Below are positions 25,678 through 38,886 of a DNA stretch of 64,000 bases, piece by piece. Made by a program: the position numbers and the translations under genes. The number at the start of each line of letters is the position of its first letter. Positions within the stretch are counted from its first letter, which is position 1. The stretch is taken from NCBI RefSeq assembly GCF_006345805.1, contig NC_042997.1, positions 134,912,001 to 134,976,000 on the forward strand, given 5' to 3'. Under the pieces are notes generated by a model, which saw only the letters and a program-made list of their open reading frames with translations, was not told the DNA's origin and searched no databases. The stretch is from Octopus sinensis (taxonomy: Eukaryota).

Positions 25678-26032
25678 AATTATTCAGTTTTATTTCAAGA
25701 TTTCTTGCCAATAGTGAAAGAGCCGGTTTCTAACCTACATCCATAAGAATTTCAACATCAACAGGCTATTTTTGCATGTCTGTATGTATGTATGCATGCA
25801 GATCTGTTTGTTTTGTTCAATGTATGTATTCTTATGTATATAGTTTCATATCTAGATATGCTCATATATATTTAAATGATAAACTTCTGGAAAGTTTTAC
25901 AAATTTTTGCTATTTCAGTGATGGATTGGATCTTTAGTCTTCGAATTAGCTTTCTCCTTTCTGGTTTTAAGAAGTCTAATTTATCAAGATTGGTATTTAG
26001 GCAGTGTCTTACATATCACAGCGCCCCAATAA
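25678..26032 (-). mobile_element. Third 5'-truncated copy of the R4/Dong-like element (C-terminal codons + 3'UTR)
   Basis: Colinear with 10668-11090; 3' end abuts a (CA)n tract; internal TATG tract is short. Confidence 0.82.
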
Positions 26033-26263
26033 GCGTTAAACTATGACAACATTGCCGTCTTTCTTTCTAGCTTTCTGATCCTCAATATTCCACTGAGTTA
26101 AAGGTAGAAGAACCAGCAAGAGGTTTATGTCTGCTCACGACTACATATACACATAAATAACTAGCGAAAGCACGTTACATGCTAACATGTCCTACCTGTG
26201 GAAGACAGTAAAACTCTCTCTCTATTTCTCTCACTCTCAATTTCTCTCTCCCTCTCTATGTAA

Positions 26264-26322
<59 letters not shown>

Positions 26323-27280
26323 CATGTATGTATATGGGTAGGGATTTTCACAAAAGAGCTCAAACCAAATTCTGTGTTATCAACACTGTCGGGTTCCAGA
26401 CCAATGCCGATAATCTTCAGCGTAGAAAATCCTGGTTTCACAATGGTCACACCGTTATGTGTGTTTGGCTAAGAGTAAATTATAATTCAAATGACAAGAA
26501 GACAAAGAAATTCTTTCACACATCTTTAATGATTCGCTACAATTGTTTCTGTATCAACTTTACTTGCATCACCAGTTTAAGTAAAAATTCTAAGTGAAAA
26601 TTTCTTCAATGGTTGCGGTTTTAGACATTAGAGTGGCACTTCATCAGACCTGCATCAAAGATGCGCTATTCTTCTACAGCAGGATATTTTCCAGGGCTGG
26701 ATAAAGATGTGGAACTCCACTATTGCATAAGATTAATATGAGTTATGCAGCAAAAAAGATAGAAATAGCAAGTTGTAATACTAATTACAACATTTGTTTC
26801 TGCACCGGACACAGCTTTATGTTGCCGAATTTATAGTCTTATATCATTATATACGATTATTCTTTAGAATGACTATATAAACAGCGTGTGTTGGTGCTAC
26901 CTCGGGTAGAGTGCAATTAAGCACTGTTGGATTTGTTTGATTACCTCATATGTACCATGTCAATTTTTCTTCATCAGTCAGTTCATAAAATTCCGAGCTA
27001 CAGCATTGTACCCGAGAAAGCATCCAAACACAACTTGGTGGATCATATGTGTCTATTTATATAATTATTCTAAAGAATAATCTTGGTAAGAAGCATGCTT
27101 CCCAACCACATGGTTCCGGGTTCAGTCCCAGGGCATGGCACCTTGGCAAGTATCCTCTACTATAGCCTCGGGCAGACCAAAGCCTTGTGAGTGGATTTGG
27201 TAGACGGAAACTGAAAGAAGCCTGTCGTATACATACATATATACATACATATATACACATATGTATGTATATTAGGTATG

Positions 27281-27324
<44 letters not shown>

Positions 27325-27882
27325 TACACATACATACATATATATATATATATGTGTGCGTGTATATGTTTGTCCCCCGCCATTGCTTGACAACCGATGC
27401 TGGATTATTTATGGCCTCGTAAACTAGCGTTTCGGCAAAAGTCATCGATAGAATACGTACAAGGCATACAAAGAAAAAGTCCCGAGGTTGAATTGTTCGA
27501 CTAAAACTATTTAAGGCGGTACTCCAACATGGTAGCCGTCGAATGACTGAAACAAGTAAAAGAATAAAATAATAATGGTATATGAACGTAAAATCTGCAA
27601 CATGAAGCTGGTGCCCAGATTAGAAACAAATGTAATTTACTATTAAAGCCTGCTATTTCCATCTTCGTGTTATGTAATTTGTATATATATTCATACAAAC
27701 AGACAGACAGACACAGAGACACACACGCACACAAGCACACACATACAGTCACACAAACACGCACATATATAAATGGAACCATCTCGTCTGGCTTACAAGA
27801 ATAGCATATCCAACTATCGGATCAAATTAGTGTTTGTATATGTGTCATGCGTCTGCGTACGACTATGGGTGGTATATATCTA

Positions 27883-27983
<101 letters not shown>

Positions 27984-27990
27984 CTCTCTC

Positions 27991-28120
27991 CCCGAAAGAG
28001 ATCAAATAAGAAAAGGATTCCATCGGAATCCTTTAAACGGAATCTGGACAAATTTCTTCAAGGAATACCAGATACGCCACATATACCTGGATACAACTCA
28101 CTCCCTACTCGAGTGGAGCA
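27991..28120 (+). mobile_element. 3' ORF2 remnant of a CR1/L2-group LINE
   Basis: Reads ESFKRNLDKFLQGIPDTPHIPGY, resembling the FK..LDKFL..IPD.P...GY C-terminal motif of CR1/L2-related LINEs. Confidence 0.55.
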
Positions 28121-28728
28121 TGATACCACAAAACTTGACTTAAAAAGTATTTAGATAATCCTATTAGGTGGTGTTATTAAGTTAGACATGGCCTGGACCA
28201 AAACCATACATGCGTTTCGACAAATTACTGACAGGGTTACATAATTGCTTGTTGAATGATTATATAATATTGTTAATTACCTCATCAGTGTTTAAGAGGT
28301 GAATTAACACGATTATATAAACCTGGTAGTAATTTTCCGTAATACGTGTATGTTTCATAACGCATAAAATGCCATAAGCATTTTCTATATTGTATTAGTA
28401 CTGTGTTGTGTTTGTACGTATGTGTATGTGTGCGTGAGTGTGTGTATGTGTGTGTGTGTGTGTGTGTGGTGTATGTGTGTGTATTTGCGTGTGTGAGACA
28501 GAGACAAAAATTACAGGTATCTTACAGTGTAACCGATGACCAGAACGTTCCACGTATCTGATCTTTCTTTTTTATTGCTTCAGATTAATGCTTATCATAC
28601 ATTATAACACATTACTGTACATCATAGTAGCTTTTCATCTCTTAATACGCATGTATATTTATGTTTACGAAAATGTGAAATATAACTGATGCAATAAATT
28701 TTAAATATATAATTATAGTATTACTTAC

Positions 28729-29033
28729 TTCACATTCCTGGTTATATGTCGTAATATTACCCACTGTTTCAGATGGACAGGAAGACCAAGGTAGAGGGCT
28801 CTGAAAACTTTCCACTAGATAGTACATGCACCATGCCATGATTGTGTTGTAATAGAGAGCCACGTTGAAGGAAACAACGGCGGCAGCTATACCAAGACCA
28901 CCTAAATAAGGTGATACTTGATTCCAGCAACCGATAGCTCCTTTGCGTAATCTTTGACCTAGAGCTAATTCCAAATAGAATATAGGAATTCCTTCCACAA
29001 ACAGCATTACTGCGTATGGTATAAGAAATGCTC
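28729..29033 (-). CDS. SLC6 exon: TM2-TM3 and start of EL2 (GAFLIPYAVMLFVEGIPIFYLELALGQRLRKGAIG...PWSSCPSETVGNITTYNQECE)
   Basis: Acceptor atttcag|GA at 29035-29034; donor GAA|gtaagt at 28728. SLC6 motifs, EL2 cysteines and an N-I-T sequon. Confidence 0.96.
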
Positions 29034-29475
29034 CTGAAATAAGAAGGAAAAATATAAATATTAGTATAAACAAGGCATCAGACATTTTTTAAAATCCCGA
29101 GAACATTTATAATATTCGTCCATCACACACGCACTACACACAACCACACGCATGTATACACACACAAACAAATAAATATATAAACAGGAAGGATTTAATA
29201 AACATAAACTAAATATATAGATTTTTCTGCTTTGGTTAGCCAACGGACACTTAACAATATTGAAGCAAGTTCAACACGACGAAAAGTCACGTCACGAAAC
29301 CCCTACATATTCATAAATCAAGTTTGACATTTACCTTAGTTGCTCCCAGCGGTGTGGGTTCACAACGGAATTTATTATTCACAGTATTATAGTAAAACTG
29401 AATATATACCTTTTAAAGATGATTGCAAGACTGTTTACAAATTTAATCACGTAAAAGGTGATCGATGACCCACTG

Positions 29476-29577
<102 letters not shown>

Positions 29578-29593
29578 CCTATCTATCTCTCTA

Positions 29594-29678
<85 letters not shown>

Positions 29679-29689
29679 CGAGAAGAGAG

Positions 29690-29844
29690 AGAGGTCACAA
29701 AAGTGCTGGAGGGTATTGACTAGCACCGCTTGCGCTAAAATAAGAGTTAAATTAACTCGAAATCCACTATAGGACTATACTCACGAAAAAATATTTTAGC
29801 ATAAGCGGTGCTAGTCAGTACCCTTCATCACGTTTGTGACCTCT
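29690..29844. repeat. Foldback/hairpin element with 53-bp arms
   Basis: Arms at 29690-29742 and 29792-29844, about 47/53 identical in inverted orientation. Confidence 0.75.
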
Positions 29845-29897
29845 ATCAATTTTGCCTTTAGGTTCTAATTGCTAATAAGCCACCCTTTTATTTTGTC

Positions 29898-29975
<78 letters not shown>

Positions 29976-29987
29976 CATATATATATA

Positions 29988-30078
<91 letters not shown>

Positions 30079-30095
30079 TATATATATATATATAT

Positions 30096-30137
<42 letters not shown>

Positions 30138-30140
<3 letters not shown>

Positions 30141-30306
30141 GAGGCGCAATGGCCCAGTGGTTAGGGCAGCGGACTTGCGGTCGGAGGATCGCGGTTTCGA
30201 TTCCCAGACCGGGCGTTGTGTGTGTTTATTGAGCGAAAACACCTAAAAGCTCCACGAGGCTCCGGCAGGGGATGGTGGTGATCCCTGCTGTACTCTTTCA
30301 CCACTC
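30138..30306 (+). mobile_element. tRNA-head SINE (family D), 3'-truncated
   Basis: ggcgcaatggcccagtggttagggcagcgg (A-box-like) ... ggtttcgattccc (B-box-like). An inverted head copy is at about 42600-42667 and a 3' half at about 42806-43037. Confidence 0.75.
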
Positions 30307-30371
30307 TAAAGGCGGTGCTCCAGCATGGCCGCAGTCAAATGACTGAAACAAGTACAAAAAAAATATATATA

Positions 30372-30409
<38 letters not shown>

Positions 30410-30839
30410 ATATGTATTGTGTATGTATTGTATATATATATATATATAATGTTTATTACCTCGCATTTTTGGATTATAAAGATTTTGCTTATGGACCTTC
30501 AATACGTAGAGCTAAATTTTCAACTCTGTCGTATATTTCTAATTTAATTTCGAAATATATTTCTTTTTTGAAAAATCTTTTCAAATTAAGATATACTCAT
30601 GATAGATAAACTTTTACTTCGATAGATCATTAAGAATATCCTGCACCCTCAATAAACACTTAAGAAGGCAGGTGAAAAATTGATGCAGTGATGTTAACCC
30701 ACATTAGCAACAGGTTTAGTAGTACAAGCAAATTGAAATGGTTAACTAAAGGAATATGTAGAAATAAATTAGATTGCTTGGCGTTCGATCCTCTCTTTAA
30801 TTTTCGAGTGGCGTAAGTAGATTGATTTGTCTTCAATCG

Positions 30840-30947
30840 TAGTATTACTTACTTCACATTCCTGGTTAAATGTCGTAATATTACCCACTGTTTCAGATGG
30901 ACAGGAAGACCAAGGTAGAGGGCTATGAAAACTTTCCACTAGATAGT
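30840..30947 (-). pseudogene. Partial duplicate of the 3' end of SLC6 exon 28729-29033 plus its donor (pseudo-exon or candidate alternative exon)
   Basis: 106/108 nt identical to 28716-28823; both differences are missense (Q>H, Y>F); donor gtaagt retained at 30852. Confidence 0.9.
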
Positions 30948-31838
30948 GGACACACATACACACACATATACACACGCGCGCTCACACATACACACAAGCA
31001 CACACACACACACAAATACGAACTCACACACATATACACATCCCTACGTACAGGGAGTAAGTAGACGTATCTCAGTGTGAGAGGGGATTGATAAAACTAT
31101 AAACTATAAGAATATTTTATTCAGCAGAAGAATCTCAGTTTTTGAAGGCGAATATAGACAAATACCCACCATTATAGAAAATATATTTTCAGAAAACTTG
31201 TCATATCTTCTACTATATCAAATACTCTGCTGAATATAAATACTTCATTTTTAAGTGTAATTTTTTTGTTGAAACTATTTAGATTTGCATCAGCATTTCT
31301 TATAACGTGCTTGTCTTTTGTTGTGATATTATTGGATTTTTCTCACATATCTTTTATGAATTTCATTCTGTCAGTACCCAGTCTTGTCTTTAAATTATAA
31401 ATCTACTGAATGAAAGGCCTTATGGCTAACCTACATAATTCATCGATGAAATAAAAAGAAAATATGATAGGTGTGAGTATTGCTGCAAGTAAAGTGCTAT
31501 GATAACTTCCAATAGAAAAATACAACTAACGGTGAACAAATTAATCGGTGTGGCCAATTCTTACAAAATAACGAAAATCCGAAATAGATGGGCACAGTAT
31601 GATTGAATATATATCAATAATAGATATAAAGAATATAGGGAATTTCTATTATAGTTTTACGATCATTGTGCAACTAAATCAATGTTTTCCTCTTGAAATA
31701 ATATTATTTTTGGTGAAACACAACTATTTTCATAACTATGGCTTGTATTCGATTGAATCGGCTCAAATACATTATCAATAGCTTCAGTATCAATGCTGGT
31801 GTTTCAAAAGTTAACGGTGATACTGACAAGATTTGGAC

Positions 31839-31954
31839 TAAATCGTTAAACAAACGCTACAAGCTCCAAAATATCCCCCGCCCCCGATACAATACAGCTG
31901 TATTATATCGGGGGGAAAATATTTTGGAGCTTGTAGTGTTTGTTTAACGATTTA
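31839..31954. repeat. Near-perfect ~116-bp palindrome centred on CAGCTG
   Basis: aaatcgttaaacaaac(g/a)ctacaagctccaaaatat arms 34/35 identical, then ccccgata/tatcgggg and aatacagctgtatt. Confidence 0.85.
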
Positions 31955-32438
31955 TTTATTGATATATATCCAATCGAAATAAAGAGCTACGAGGAAGTAA
32001 TGATAATGAATATAAAAATAAGGATCAGAATAAGTGTGAAAATATAATCAAGTCCGTATCGAGATGGACAATTTTTTATGTAGCCATTCCATATAAAATT
32101 TTTAAAGATTCGACTGGTCGAAATTTAGGAGTTTTAAAGCACCATTAGTATCTTAATCTGTCTTGTCCTTCAAAAATCAAATCATTAAAGAATACGGATG
32201 AATCCGTTCAAAAAGTGAAGACAAATAAAGTGAAAAGCACAGTATAAGGTATAGTCGAGTAAAATTAAAACGTATTTAGGAAGTATAAGGGAAAATAACA
32301 TAAGAACAGTGTAGAAGCGTAGTGAATGAAATATGGAATGGGATCAAATTATAACCAAAAAGGTATTTAAAAAGTTTAGCGGAATATGTCGAAGTTTTGG
32401 TCACAAGGACTAAACACACACTCACTCACACATACACG

Positions 32439-32469
<31 letters not shown>

Positions 32470-33409
32470 GCACACATGTAAGAACGCATTCTCATACATA
32501 CACTAATATACATAAAAGGAACAATTCTGGACATACTTATAGGCTTATGAAGTAAACTGAAAAACTGGCCTTGATACATCAAGCGTACGTTTAACCTTTG
32601 ACTGGTTTCTCCATGTTGGCAGGAAATACAGTGGATTAAGTTGAAAGATATGAAACAAATTGTTTCATTGTACTACCAATAAGTATAATATGGAAGATAT
32701 AGGGACAAATGATGCATTTCTTTCGAGAATATTTAGTTGTACTAGGATGGGAACTAGTAATGGAAAAAGTGCTCTTAAAAGTGAAATCATGAAAGTTATA
32801 GTCTCTTTTAGTTGAAGGGAATTAGACAGCATCGAAACAGCAGTGATATCAGACTAAAGTAGTTTGAAAGTATGGACTATGTTATGGTTGAAAATAAAGT
32901 GCTGAACATGAATAATGAAGAGTACTCTCTGGAGATGGGTTACATTTCTTTAGACTTGAAAAATATATAAGCAGAAAATATATTGGCAGAATTTAAAGAG
33001 ACGAAAGATTTAATACTTGGAGGAGACTATTTAAGATAGGTAGATTTATGATGAGCTTATATAAATATGATAAACGAGGTCTTCAGAAAATATGTGTTGG
33101 ATGGATGGTCTTGTGTTGATATGGAAAGCATAAGGAGCTGAACAAGATGTCTTTGGAGTTTTTCATGTAAAAACTTAGTTTCTTTACTAATGTGACACAA
33201 TTCTGTTGATAAAAGTGAACATCCTTTTATAGGGCTTCTCATTGCAAATACATACTGTTGCTTTAAAGAGATAATTTTATGGACTTTACTAAAAAAATAT
33301 GTTTGAGGTGTTGTAGCAGAGTATACGAGAAGTGGAAATAGATGGGAGATTATTTACAGAATTATGATCGTGTATAATGTGCCTTATAATAATTTGTATT
33401 ATTATGAAG

Positions 33410-33597
33410 CATTGATAGCACGCCGGGCGAAATCCTTGGCGGTATTTCGTCAGTCCAGAATCCAAATTCTGGTGAGATCGAATTTGCCTTTCATCCTTTC
33501 GGGATAGATAAAGTAAGTATCAGCCGAGTACTGGGGTCGATGTAATCGACTATCTCCTTTCCCCAAATTTCTGGCCTTGTGCCTATAGTAGAAAGGA
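33410..33597 (+). mobile_element. SINE family A (5'-truncated); second partial copy at 33803-33920
   Basis: Family A core; repeat attattatgaag on both sides, consistent with a TSD. Confidence 0.75.
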
Positions 33598-35664
33598 TTA
33601 TTATGAAGAATTAAATGCTGGGCTTCTTGTGATTCTAGAGGGCATCATAAGTCTGATATAATGCAATTCTAGGACAGTCGACTCCTACATAAGTGCCTCG
33701 TGGCAATTTCTCCTGATCTGTTGCTCACACGACAACTAAGAGAACATTAAGAAAAAAACTCAATTATGGAGAGCCAAATGACTCTTATGAAGCATCAATA
33801 GTTAGCACGCCGGGCAAAATGCTTGGCGATATTTCGTCCGTCTTCACATTCGGAATTTAAATTCTGTTGAGGTTGACTTTGCCTTTCATGCTTTCGGGAT
33901 AGGTAAAGTAAGTACCAGCCTCGTGGCTGTTGCTCACACGACAATTAAGAGAACATTAAGAAAAAACTCGAATAATGGAGAGTCAAATGACTATTAGTAG
34001 AACTGGAATTTTATTTTCATATTTTTTCTTTTATTCAGTAAGACGAATTGTCCAATAATATCATTCACATTCTTTATATCAGTAGATGTATACCTCTAAA
34101 TTTGCAAGCTATGCGCCATATGCAAATATAACAGTAATTAATCAAAATAATGAATAATGAAATAATTGATAACGACAATAATTAATAATTGTATAATGAA
34201 TAATTATAATAATTAATTCTTACATTTCTTGACACATATGCAATCCAATTTATCTAATGATAAGATTATCCTCCTAAATCAATTTAATTATACCACTGTT
34301 ATTGCAAATGGTAGGCTATACAACTCAAGAAGTTCCAGGCACGGCGATTCTTGAAGTCCTGTAGGTTGTCTGCTAATCTAAAAGTTGAATGTAGGTAACA
34401 TTTCCGTTTGATATTCCGGAAAATCTGTAAATCTGAGTATCTAACTTTAACTAATCGAATATGCAGAAATAATTGCAGGTAAGTGGTGCTATCCACCTTA
34501 TCCAACAAACAAAATAATTACAATTAATGTCAAGCTTTAAAAGCCAGTGACTCGGTTTGTCATGTCCTCATAATGTCAACAAACATTTTATCGGTTCAAT
34601 TAAAAGCAAGTAAGACCGTACCTGTTTCTACTACTATGTGTAAGACATGTTAAACTGATATTTCGTAAATATCTCAAAGTATACATTCCTTCGATTAAAA
34701 ACAAGAACTCATATCATACAAAGATATAAATACAGTATGGATGTTATTAGATTCATTTTAGCCAGTGACATTTGAAAAATATTTTCTATTTTCATTTCTG
34801 AATAGAAGTAGAGCGCTTTCTAGGACTTCTCGTCAATAATTCAATAATAAGATTTATGCGGCGTGCAGGGCAGCGTTCAAATGAAGTTACAGGTATGTCG
34901 AATTTATAATGTTTTTACATCCAACGTGAAGCAATTTGCTTTATTTATCTAGTTAATGTCTTTGCGAATAACATGAACGTTGCACGCTCTAGTTCTCAGT
35001 AGAATACGTCCTTACCACTGAGACATTATGATTGGTTATTACATACTATCTAGACTTTTAAATTTGACCTGGAATTATTGTTCTATCGTTTGCACGGGTT
35101 TTGCTGTTTTTGTTATGTTAAAAAAAAAGATCTACATATAATAAAAGCCTCATTTCAGCAAGACGGAGTTATTAACTGGCATCTGTTTCAGTTAAACCAA
35201 TTTAAAATTCCAAAAAAAAAAAAAGAAAACATTTAATGATTTTAAGTTTTTCTATATTATATTCCTTAGTGAGAATTTTCAATTTTGCACAAACTGCCAA
35301 TAACAAAAGAAATGAATAAATAAAAAGCAAGAGTAAACATTTTCAAAATGGGGTAAAGGCAACTACGCAAGCTTTATAAAGACACATTTATACATACAGC
35401 AATATGTGCAATAAATGTGGACGTCATCGTACATATTCAAATATCCATCTGAGAAGCACAAAAAGAGACATAGATGTGCACTCATTTGTTTTCTTTTCTC
35501 TGTAAAATCATTTTTATACGTCTCTCTAATCGTATTTACAGGATTTTAACATTTTATCATTTTTACCATTAGATGCCTTTTTATTACTATAACAGTAACA
35601 TTCGCTTAGCTGTTTTGTTTATCCACGCCCACTCCATCATACATCTAATAATGCACCAGTTTCT

Positions 35665-35898
35665 TATTTAATTTATTGCCCACAAGGGGCTAAACATAGA
35701 GGGGACCAGCAAGGACAGACAAAGGGATTAAGTCGATTACATCGACTCCAGTACGTCACTGGTACTTAATTTATCGACTCCGAAAGGATGAAAAGCAAAG
35801 ACGACCTCGGCGGAATTTGAACTCAGGACGTAACGACAAACTAAATACCGCTAAGCCTTTGGCCCGGCGTGCTAACGACTCTGCCAGCTCGCCGCCTT
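35665..35898 (-). mobile_element. SINE family A monomer
   Basis: Full consensus; 17-bp TSD ataatgcaccagtttct at 35648-35664 and 35899-35915. Confidence 0.88.
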
Positions 35899-36552
35899 AT
35901 AATGCACCAGTTTCTATCTATTGCTAAATCATTGAAACATAATGAATTATTATGGTAAGATTGATAAACAAACTTGAGATTCTTCTCATGTATATATTTG
36001 TGTGTGTGAGTGTGTGTATGTGTGAGTGTGTGTCCGTGTCCGTGTGTGTAAGAGTGTGTGTGAGTAAATGTGTGTGTGTAAATGTGTGAGTGTGTGTGAG
36101 TAAATGTGTGTGTGTAAATGTGTGAGTGTGTGTGAACAGACATTAGGTGAAAGCTAAATATTCTTTGGGTAGAACATATGTAGTTGAATACAAATTATTC
36201 ATCAAAGACTAGGTTCATGGTGTCAAGAGTGGCTCTAAGTGAAATCGAAGGCGATCTGGTATGGAGGTTGCGATGCAGATAAGCGCAATTAGGCTTGCTA
36301 TATACATACATATACGCATACGCACACACATACATACATACGTACACACACAAACATATACACAAACACAAACACGCACATACACACACACTTATAGATA
36401 GATGGACAGATAGACAGACAGATAGATAGATAGATACACATAGACACATATCTACATATATTCAGAAAGATAAACAGATATACAACATATATAACTATAC
36501 ATACATACACTCGCGCGCGTGTGCATGTGAATATATTTACATAGTGCATAGA

Positions 36553-36956
36553 TCTCTCTTTATATAAGCGGTCTCTCTCTATATAAACGGCAGTTTGTCT
36601 GTGAGTGTTTCTGTGTGTCTGTTAGGTTGTACCCTCACCCTGACCACGGCTTTCAACCGATTCTGATGAAACTTGACACACACATAGCCCAATGTCATAA
36701 TTCAAAACTAACGCAGCGAAAATTTTGAAAAGTTCCCCCAGTTCTGAAAAAAATCGATAAATTCGACATGGGGTCGAGAATCAGAAACACAAACCACAGA
36801 CTGTCTAGGGGACGCAACTCCACCTTTTTCACTCTCAAAAATAAATTTACCATAATTTTCTTTCCATTTTTTTGCTATTTTTTGGCTATAACTCTCTAAA
36901 AATGCTTTATAGTTATTTCCCTTACAAACCCGAGCAACGCCGGGCGATACTGCTAG
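36553..36956 (+). mobile_element. Non-autonomous Helitron-like element
   Basis: Starts A|TC(tctctttatata...) and ends with a GC hairpin cccgagcaacgccggg followed by CTAG|T; no TSD. These are the established Helitron termini. Confidence 0.75.
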
Positions 36957-36976
36957 TAGAATATATTTCTTAACTC

Positions 36977-37148
36977 GACAGCTCTTTCAAAAAGCTCGGA
37001 TTTATGGAATAATCGTAATGTTCAAAATTTGGTAATATCACTATATGACTATTTACTGGTTGCATACACAAGACGTTTTGTGTATTCCCTCTGTATACTA
37101 TAAACATTTTGGTTACTAAGTAAATCCGAGCTTCCTGAAATAACAGTC
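36977..37148. mobile_element. Small MITE-like element with imperfect ~28-bp TIRs
   Basis: gacagctctttcaaaaagctcggattta vs reverse complement gactgttatttcaggaagctcggattta. Confidence 0.5.
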
Positions 37149-37344
37149 AACCTATATATAAGGCTTTTTCTCTACTACTGATACTTTGTTCTTTTAGATC
37201 TATACAACTACATAAATTGTCTGCGAATACCGCAGAGTTGCGGCTTTCTTACAGTTTATTTACATTACGTAGGATATGCCAATTTTTCTCTCTCTCCCTC
37301 TCCCTATCTATCTGTCTATCTGTCTGCCTGTCTACCAATCTATC

Positions 37345-37414
<70 letters not shown>

Positions 37415-37447
37415 GATAGATATATATACATGCAGACAGTCAAATAT

Positions 37448-37529
<82 letters not shown>

Positions 37530-37557
37530 TGATAGATAGATAGATAGATAGATAGAC

Positions 37558-37594
<37 letters not shown>

Positions 37595-38666
37595 TACAAC
37601 AACAGCAACAGTAATACCATGTATCACGACGACTTATAATACCGTGAAGAAGAACAGAATTAATGTAAAGCAAAATGAAAAATGCCCCACGTGTTTTTGA
37701 TAATGTTCGACTGAAACTGGAAAAATCAAAATCAAATCAAATAACATGAAAACGATTTGAAATTTTGTATTTTTATATTTCTAATATCTTTGAATTTTAT
37801 GCACAATACTATAAGAGATACTTTATGCCATCCTGTGTGAAGCCTATATATTTCACGTTTAGGAACATTAAGATATTCAAAAGTTATAAACAGAAAGCTG
37901 AAACCTCCTCCGCTTACTATAGTGCCGGCATATCATATTCTTGGGAGATGTAATTTACACTCAGACATTAGTTACAAAATAACAATTAACTAGAAGGAAA
38001 ATACATTTAATTCATGGTTTCATTTAATACCATAATTCGTTTAAAAACTGAAATATAACGAACTCTACAAATGTAATTAAATAACTCTAGCATATGTGAG
38101 CCTAAAAATGAGCTTCTATCTACAAGAGAGAGCAGCCAGTCTCTTGTCAGTTACATCCAGCTATCATAGACATTTATTTCTATTTCTAAACGTGCGATAT
38201 CTACTGCTGACTGTAGAGAGCGTGTTGTTAAGTTGGTCGAAGCCGTGACCTAAATGAGGTTTGTTGTCGTGGGGTTTGTTGATGTTGTGGTCGTCGTGGT
38301 AGCTGCTGGTGAATGAAAATGTATTTCTAGGGTTGCGTGTAGAAGTAATTAAAAACACTCACGAAGCTTTCCTTACTTCACTTGTATATTCTGTCTTTTG
38401 GTTTTTGAAAAAAGTAACAGACAAAAAACAGCGACAATTACTCACTGAGAGAAACATACTTCTAGGATCCACGACAATTTAATTGCTATAGCAATTGCGA
38501 CTCGAACATCACAACTGAAAGTAGTTGTGCTATATTCATGGCGACAAAATCTGTGCTTTCTATCTGCCAACAGCTGATGAAATGAGACTGGAGACGTCGG
38601 GTAGCGGTCTCAATATTCATGGTGTTACCGCCAAAAACTACCTTTACATAGAACTCAATGAGAAAG

Positions 38667-38886
38667 GCAGCGAGCTGGCAGCAACGTTAGCACGCAAGAC
38701 AAAATGCTTAGCGGTATTTCGCCTGCCGTTACGTTCTGAGTTCAAATTCCGCCGAGGTCGACTTTGCCTTTCATCCTTTCGGAGTCGATAAATTAAGTAG
38801 CAGTTACGAATTGGAGTCGATTGGAGTCGATGTAATCGACTTTGCCTGTCCTTGTTTGTCCCCTCTATGTGGGCAATAAAGAAATA
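38667..38886 (+). mobile_element. SINE family A monomer
   Basis: 17-bp TSD agaactcaatgagaaag at 38650-38666 and 38887-38903. Confidence 0.88.

Noticed and set aside
26256-26480. Protein-looking minus-strand frame (TIVKPGFSTLKIIGIGLEPDSVDNTEFGLSSFVKIP) in the 8-kb intron
   Set aside because: No donor before it runs into (CA)n, it is not needed for the SLC6 frame, and no homolog was recognised.
30138-30205. tRNA-like A/B boxes (also at 16252 and 50903)
   Set aside because: No complete cloverleaf; they continue into repeat bodies (with TSDs at 16252 and 50903), so they are SINE heads rather than tRNA genes.
32700-33360. Possible degenerate LINE endonuclease on the + strand (KDLILGGDY)
   Set aside because: Only one short motif is visible amid many stops; too weak to call.
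38164-38640. Short minus-strand ORFs with Kozak-like ATGs and donor-like GTGAGT/GTAAGG near 38.36 kb
   Set aside because: Frames close within 45-65 codons, no motif was recognised, and I could not chain them to other exons.
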